A stretch of DNA of 64,000 bases, taken from IMG/VR virus record IMGVR_UViG_3300043803_001397; one strand, given 5' to 3'. Position 1 is the stretch's first letter, and the number at the start of each line of letters is the position of its first letter. This document shows, one piece after another, positions 58,962 to 64,000 of this stretch. Source of the stretch: an uncultured virus (IMG/VR IMGVR_UViG_3300043803_001397). Its lineage: Duplodnaviria; Heunggongvirae; Uroviricota; Caudoviricetes. The translations under genes and the position numbers were made by a program. The notes beneath the pieces were generated by a model. It made no database searches. It had not been told where the DNA came from and was given only the letters and a program-made list of their open reading frames with translations.

Positions 58962-58979
58962 AAAATATAATTTAAATTA

Positions 58980-59417
58980 TTATTGTATTTTTAAGTTTGC
59001 ACGAATAGCTTGTGCATATGTTTGTCTGGATATATTTATATACATCTCTCTGTCCATACCTGCAAGTGCAGTTTGAGCAGCTACGTTGGTCACAGATGAG
59101 ACAGTTGAAACGGTGGTAACAGTTGATACAGTTCCTAAAGTTAAACCTGTTGTAATATCATCAATTCTTATTCTTTGTCTTTGAGCAGAGTCTACAACTT
59201 GAAGAGTTTCTGAAATTTTTACTAATCTTTCTAATAAACTAAGTAAATCTTCTACTCTCACTGCTTTAGCAGGTAGAGGGTTACTAGCACTAACATCACC
59301 ATCAGAAACACCATCTGCACCAAGAACCATTTTTATTCTTTGATGCTGTATTCCACCAATATCATCAGATGCTATGTTTGCACCCGAACCTGGCGTATAT
59401 CCTAAATTATCTGGCAT
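58980..59417 (-). CDS. structural protein of the fibre cassette
   Basis: TVSTVTTVSTV repeat; located between fibre genes. Confidence 0.65.
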   Translation of the reverse strand: MPDNLGYTPGSGANIASDDIGGIQHQRIKMVLGADGVSDGDVSASNPLPAKAVRVEDLLSLLERLVKISETLQVVDSAQRQRIRIDDITTGLTLGTVSTVTTVSTVSSVTNVAAQTALAGMDREMYINISRQTYAQAIRANLKIQ

Positions 59418-59435
59418 ATGTTTTAATTTTAAGTG

Positions 59436-59711
59436 TTATATAATAGTTACTCCAAGTGTTTGGGCAGCCCAACTCCATGCTTGTGGGTTTGTTTCCCAAG
59501 AATCATAAGCTGCACCTAACATTGTGATGTTTCCATCAGTTAGTATATTTCCAGATATTTCTTTACCATCTTTGTCTAATGTAGCTTCATGCAAAGAGTA
59601 ATAAAATATTGCTGAATCTTGTAAATTATCTGTTCCACATCTAAGAAACATATACTTTGCTGATTTTATTTGTCCGTTTACCCAAATGTTAAATGGTTGT
59701 ATCTTTTTCAT
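59436..59711 (-). CDS. hypothetical fibre-associated protein
   Basis: 91-aa ORF directly after the second fibre gene. Confidence 0.65.
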   Translation of the reverse strand: MKKIQPFNIWVNGQIKSAKYMFLRCGTDNLQDSAIFYYSLHEATLDKDGKEISGNILTDGNITMLGAAYDSWETNPQAWSWAAQTLGVTII

Positions 59712-59721
59712 TCTTTATAGC

Positions 59722-62124
59722 TTAAACATATTGTAAATAAATATCTCCGTCATTACCTCCACTTGGTGCTGCTGTTCCACTTGTTATCTGTTTAACACCA
59801 CCATCTGCATAAAGAACTTGTGAACTTGTTCCACCCGACCTTACAAAAGAACCACCCGTAACAGTTCCACGAAGTAGTGTTTGAGTTATAGAACTATTTC
59901 CTAATGTTACTGTGTTGCTTCCTTGTCCTATTGCATTGTGACCTATTACTATTTCATTGGTATTCGTTGCTGCTGATGGTCTTGCATCTTCTCCAATAAA
60001 TATACTTTGAGAACTTCCTGTGTTATTGCCTCCTCCGCTAATGTATCTTCCTGCATCAACTCCAATAGCGATGTTACTTGATTGAGTAGTAATATTGTAT
60101 AATGTTCTTGGACCTATACCAACATTGTTGTTTCCTTCTGTCAGGGAAACTAACGAAAGAGTACCTATTCCTGTATTAAAGTTACCTGTAGTATTGTTAT
60201 ATAATGAACTACTACCAAAACCGGTATTACTATTACCGGTTGTATTCGACCTTAATGAACTTTGCCCAAAAGCATCATTGCAACATCCTGTTGTTGTAAG
60301 TCTTAATGTTTCATGACCAATAGCGGTATTTTGATACCCTGATGTAGTACTTAATAACGCATTAATACCGAAAGAAGTATTTTGACCTCCATTAGTGGCA
60401 CTTTGCCCTCCACCACCTGCCCATAAATTCTCAAATCCACTCCCTGCATTTCGTGTGCTTATTAAAGCAGTTTGTCCATTTGTATTTACTTTTAATTCAG
60501 TAGCTATTGCAGAGCCGTTTACTTGTAGTTTATCTACTCCGTTGTCGGTAGTTGAGTTTACTACTAACACAGCGCCATTACCAGGATTATTTGTAACAAA
60601 AACCCTATCAGTAAGATACGTTTGACCAACTCCCGAATTGGCATTAAAATATAAACATGTTGTCCATGATGCAGAATCGTTTCTGTGCTGAATATAAAAC
60701 TGTCCTGTTGTGTATTGTCCAAAAAGCCTGCCACCCCATCCATTAGAAATATTTCTTGCAAAAATCTCTATAGAAGCGTCAGCAGCACCCGTTCCAATAT
60801 TTAGTATTTGACTTGAGTTATTCCAAGTAAAAGCACTGCTTCCTGCAAAAGCCCCCGAATTGTTGTACTGAACTTGTGTATTTGAACCACCGGGAGTTCC
60901 TCCACCACCACCTGCTGGTACTGCCCAAACTCCATCTGCACGAAGGAAATTAGTTGTACCACCTACACTAACAGGAACTAAACCTTTTATACTACCTGCA
61001 AATGAATCTAATAGGGTAGTTACTTGTGTTCCCGTTAAATCTTCAACGTTGCCAGTTGCTGCCGTTACTCTACCTTTTATTCTTGCAGTTGCTATTTGAG
61101 CAAGCATAGCATTGGTAACTACGTTATTGGCTATTGTAGTTGTTATGGAAGTAGTTCCTGAACCTGTTACGTTTCCGCTTAGTGTTATGGTTTGATTGGC
61201 AGTGATGTATACACTAGTATCAAACACCCATGTATTAGTACCTGTTCCTGTATATCTCAAAAATCCTGCAGATGCTCCTAATGTAGGTAGAGTCACACCT
61301 CTTAATGCTACAACAGTTAATGTTGTTGCACCTGTAGCATCACCCGTGTGTGTAGCATTAGATACCAATCCTGAATATAAAGAGTTTACAGCATTGTCTC
61401 CACTATTGGTACCACTTAAGTTAGCTACAGCTCCATTAGCTAACATAGCATTTGTAATAGCTCCGTTAGCAATAGCTGTTGTAATAGATGTTGCACCTGA
61501 TCCTGTCACCACTCCTGTAAGAGTGATTGTTTGGTTAGCTGTGAGGAATGTTGACGTAAAATATTCTAAAGCTGTACCACCTGCATTAACTCTTATAAGT
61601 TGATTTGCTGAACCAAGTGAACCAAGACCTGTACCTCCTCTAGAAACTGCAAGTGTACCTGTCCATCCTAATGTCAAAGAAGCTGCTCTAAGTAAAGAAG
61701 TAGCTGGAGTTCCACCTAAAGTTAATGTTACGTTAGTATCATTACTACTAGTGAGTGCAGCTCCTGTTATATCAGATCCTGTTATTGTTGCCCAAGTTGG
61801 AGCAGCAGAAGCAGATCCTGTACCAGTTTGTGATAGAAACTGTCTAGTAGTTGTTATATTACCAGCTAGTCTTGTAACAGCACCAGAAGCTCCACCATAT
61901 ATAATGTCACCTAATGCAGTCATTGGGTTTGTTAGTCCAGCCCCAGCTATTGCTTGCCATAAAGTGGTTGTTCCATTATAATAAAAAAACTGCTTTGATG
62001 CATTATTATAATAAATCTGCCCATCCACTCCAGAAGCAGGAGCAGATGATCTACTATCTAAAACAGCATTTAATAGCTGATTTTGAACTAAGTCAATATC
62101 GTGTAGATATTTTTTAGATGGCAT
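59722..62124 (-). CDS. second tail fibre with YadA-head-like repeats
   Basis: APASGVDGQIYYN, NTxxGxNTxxG repeats, C-terminal SGTAAPSGGNDGDIYLQYV. Confidence 0.8.
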   Translation of the reverse strand: MPSKKYLHDIDLVQNQLLNAVLDSRSSAPASGVDGQIYYNNASKQFFYYNGTTTLWQAIAGAGLTNPMTALGDIIYGGASGAVTRLAGNITTTRQFLSQTGTGSASAAPTWATITGSDITGAALTSSNDTNVTLTLGGTPATSLLRAASLTLGWTGTLAVSRGGTGLGSLGSANQLIRVNAGGTALEYFTSTFLTANQTITLTGVVTGSGATSITTAIANGAITNAMLANGAVANLSGTNSGDNAVNSLYSGLVSNATHTGDATGATTLTVVALRGVTLPTLGASAGFLRYTGTGTNTWVFDTSVYITANQTITLSGNVTGSGTTSITTTIANNVVTNAMLAQIATARIKGRVTAATGNVEDLTGTQVTTLLDSFAGSIKGLVPVSVGGTTNFLRADGVWAVPAGGGGGTPGGSNTQVQYNNSGAFAGSSAFTWNNSSQILNIGTGAADASIEIFARNISNGWGGRLFGQYTTGQFYIQHRNDSASWTTCLYFNANSGVGQTYLTDRVFVTNNPGNGAVLVVNSTTDNGVDKLQVNGSAIATELKVNTNGQTALISTRNAGSGFENLWAGGGGQSATNGGQNTSFGINALLSTTSGYQNTAIGHETLRLTTTGCCNDAFGQSSLRSNTTGNSNTGFGSSSLYNNTTGNFNTGIGTLSLVSLTEGNNNVGIGPRTLYNITTQSSNIAIGVDAGRYISGGGNNTGSSQSIFIGEDARPSAATNTNEIVIGHNAIGQGSNTVTLGNSSITQTLLRGTVTGGSFVRSGGTSSQVLYADGGVKQITSGTAAPSGGNDGDIYLQYV

Positions 62125-62125
62125 C

Positions 62126-62716
62126 TTAAGTTAAATATGCTGTTCCAGTGACAGGCAGTGAAAAAGTTAATACCAAGGTTGTTGTATTAGCAGATGTTAC
62201 AGAGCCAATCAATTCTACACCTCCTCCATCTAAAACAAATACATTTGGAATAAACCCTAAGTTGTGAGTTATAGTCCAAGTGGTTGCAGCAACAGATTGT
62301 GTATGAATATAATCAGCTGTTCCTCCACCAATATTTACAGTGGGGTTTAGATTAATTCTAGTTATACAACCACCGCTATTAACATCAATAATATTCTGTG
62401 TTCCACCTGGATAGGTATATCCTAAAGATAATGCTGCAGGAGAACACTGAGAAGATGTTCCGGACTCAATTGTTCCAGAAGTATTCACTTCATAAATAAC
62501 AGGAAGCCAAGTGTTATATTGTATAGAAGCAGTTGTTAAAGCATCATTATCTTCATTAAGCTGCCAATCAACAATATGCTTTCTAATAACAGCTTGATCA
62601 TAAGAAGACTTTGTTTTACAACTGTTAATACCATAACGTATGGATTTAAACAATTGCTCTACAGCACCTGCAAACGTCTTATTATGTTCCACTATATTAG
62701 GAAGTAAGTTTCTCAT
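62126..62716 (-). CDS. structural protein, possible fibre attachment
   Basis: C-terminal YIHTQSVAATTWTITHNLG domain of the type found before fibre genes. Confidence 0.6.
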   Translation of the reverse strand: MRNLLPNIVEHNKTFAGAVEQLFKSIRYGINSCKTKSSYDQAVIRKHIVDWQLNEDNDALTTASIQYNTWLPVIYEVNTSGTIESGTSSQCSPAALSLGYTYPGGTQNIIDVNSGGCITRINLNPTVNIGGGTADYIHTQSVAATTWTITHNLGFIPNVFVLDGGGVELIGSVTSANTTTLVLTFSLPVTGTAYLT

Positions 62717-62721
62717 TTTTA

Positions 62722-62865
62722 TTATTGTTGCAATGCGTTTATGTTATTTTGTAACATTTGTTCATAAACAGGAATACAGTTTGAACAAACTTTTACTCCA
62801 TTAGAAGCAGTTCTTATTTGACAAGAACAAGTAAAAGGAGATCCGCAATTTGAGCATTGTCCCAT
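62722..62865 (-). CDS. 47-aa Cys-rich (putative metal-binding) protein
   Basis: Translated by hand: MGQCSNCGSPFTCSCQIRTASNGVKVCSNCIPVYEQMLQNNINALQQ. Confidence 0.7.
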   Translation of the reverse strand: MGQCSNCGSPFTCSCQIRTASNGVKVCSNCIPVYEQMLQNNINALQQ

Positions 62866-62883
62866 AAAATTGGTTTTTATTTA

Positions 62884-63426
62884 TTAATTACAAGAATCAG
62901 CAAGTTTTAAAAGTCTTTTTTGACCATATATAAGTATATCCATACCAGCTTGCAAATCATGACAGTACTCCACTTTTGCTTTAGCACCATCAATGAAATT
63001 TTTTATCAAAGACAATTCTTTAAGTTGTTCTTTTACATCTGCATCAGGCTCACAAGCTGACATCTCAAGTTTACACAACTCTTTATAATAAAGATTATTT
63101 GTTTGAGTTATTCTTAAATGATTATACTCAACATACACTGAAGAGTTGGGAGAAACAGAGAATCTAATAATATAAATACCATCAGGTAAAACTTGAGAAT
63201 TTTCACATCCCGATGTTTGTATACCAAGAGTGCATGCATTTAATATCAAATTAAATCCACTCTGAACATCTATATTAACAGGTTGACTAAAACCAGGAGA
63301 AGTGATTTGTAAAAGACCACAATCTACAGGAAGATTTTCACTATAAGTACTAGTATCAGCCACTCTAAACACCTTAGTGTTGTTAGTGTCTAGTATTTCT
63401 AAACTTAACTGATGTTTACTAGGCAT
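62884..63426 (-). CDS. conserved crAss-like structural protein of the head-tail region
   Basis: DTSTY, LQITSPGF, LPDGIYIIRFSVSP; synteny. Confidence 0.6.
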   Translation of the reverse strand: MPSKHQLSLEILDTNNTKVFRVADTSTYSENLPVDCGLLQITSPGFSQPVNIDVQSGFNLILNACTLGIQTSGCENSQVLPDGIYIIRFSVSPNSSVYVEYNHLRITQTNNLYYKELCKLEMSACEPDADVKEQLKELSLIKNFIDGAKAKVEYCHDLQAGMDILIYGQKRLLKLADSCN

Positions 63427-63466
63427 TGATATAAACTTTAATAATTTATTGTAATTTTAGACAGAA

Positions 63467-63490
63467 CTCTTCAATAATAATTTACTGAAT
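63467..63490 (-). promoter_or_regulatory. putative phage promoter motif (copy)
   Basis: Minus strand GTAAATTATTATTGAAGA, just downstream of a terminator. Confidence 0.5.
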
Positions 63491-63511
63491 TTTTATGACT
63501 TCTCCAAAAAC

Positions 63512-63546
63512 AAAAAGGGAGGTGTACAACAAGTGTACACACTCCC
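63512..63546 (-). terminator. Rho-independent terminator
   Basis: Minus strand GGGAGTGTGTACA-CTTGT-TGTACACCTCCC-TTTTT. Confidence 0.8.
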
Positions 63547-63570
63547 AAATTGTCATAGGGTATAAATTGC

Positions 63571-63999
63571 TTAGTAAGTTTCCAAAGCAATGCTGTTAGC
63601 ACCCTGAGCAGCGTTAGCAGCAGTAACGAAATAGTTAGTAATAGCAGTGGTAGCTACACCGTTAAGTACGTTGAATACCAAAGCATACTGATCATTATCA
63701 AAAGTTCCATTAGGATTGCTCCAACGAGGAACGTTGTGAAGAACAATTACTTTTTCATATAGAGATGCACGTGTAACTTGAGCCAGCATAGGATCTGCTT
63801 CAATCTCACGCATACGCAAATGATCTACACGGCTACTATCAGGATAGGCATTCTGAAGATAACGTCCGTCAAGAATCAATTCACGCAGTAAGGTTTCACC
63901 CAATCCAGAAGCTTGCTGGATAGCTTGAATTTCAATACCGTGGCTAGACAAATAAGGATTGGCTGTAGAGATTGCAGCAGTATTTGCTACAAAAGGAGC
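63571..63999 (-). CDS. C-terminal part of a capsid-region structural protein (auxiliary capsid-like), truncated by the window edge
   Basis: Frame stays open to the window end (APFVANTAAISTANPYLSSHG...); HNVPRWSNPNGTFDNDQY motif; followed by a strong terminator. Confidence 0.6.
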   Translation of the reverse strand, partial: APFVANTAAISTANPYLSSHGIEIQAIQQASGLGETLLRELILDGRYLQNAYPDSSRVDHLRMREIEADPMLAQVTRASLYEKVIVLHNVPRWSNPNGTFDNDQYALVFNVLNGVATTAITNYFVTAANAAQGANSIALETY

Positions 64000-64000
64000 A

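Noticed and set aside
117..62117. Numerous 60-142 aa ORFs antisense or out of frame to long genes (e.g. 15274-15702, 44300-44632, 54012-54389, 61196-61603)
   Set aside because: Shadow ORFs contained in or largely overlapping well-supported genes, with no recognisable motifs
51659..62124. Diversity-generating retroelement acting on the fibres
   Set aside because: No reverse transcriptase in the window; the repeated fibre segments differ at synonymous positions, not specifically at adenines
63571..63999. Major capsid protein assignment
   Set aside because: Only a C-terminal fragment is visible and it looks more like the auxiliary protein encoded after the capsid gene; cannot be settled without the upstream sequence
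1..64000. Stop-codon reassignment (TAG or TGA), known in some crAss-like phages
   Set aside because: Genes up to 13 kb are uninterrupted in the standard code, and TAG (1851, 5813) and TGA (43046) end tightly packed genes

Overview
AT-rich fragment of a crAss-like (Crassvirales-type) bacteriophage genome, probably infecting a Bacteroidota host, read in the standard genetic code. Positions 1-8393 (+ strand) hold the end of a replication/nucleotide-metabolism module: PD-(D/E)XK exonuclease, compact family B DNA polymerase, DUF932-like protein, dNMP kinase, dCTP deaminase and small hypotheticals. This converges at a bidirectional terminator (~8377-8407) on a 55-kb minus-strand virion module. In transcription order that module contains: the end of a capsid-region gene, two tail fibres sharing modules (one with a C-terminal S74 chaperone), a repeat-rich beta-propeller-like cassette, a Cys-rich FN3-like gene cluster, a metallophosphoesterase, HU/IHF-like and ring/tail proteins, the tail stabilisation (muzzle-like) protein, three cargo-type proteins, a 4338-aa virion RNA polymerase (DFDID motif) and a 2177-aa polyvalent protein. 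Most notable observations: (1) an FN3-like cluster whose termini suggest a fibre built by Cys-locked donor-strand complementation; (2) a 1228-aa protein made of small modules separated by ~12 'xxxGG' motifs, suggesting a polyprotein; (3) a repeated phage-specific promoter-like motif, twice paired with a palindromic operator-like site. All family assignments come from motif recognition by eye, not database searches.
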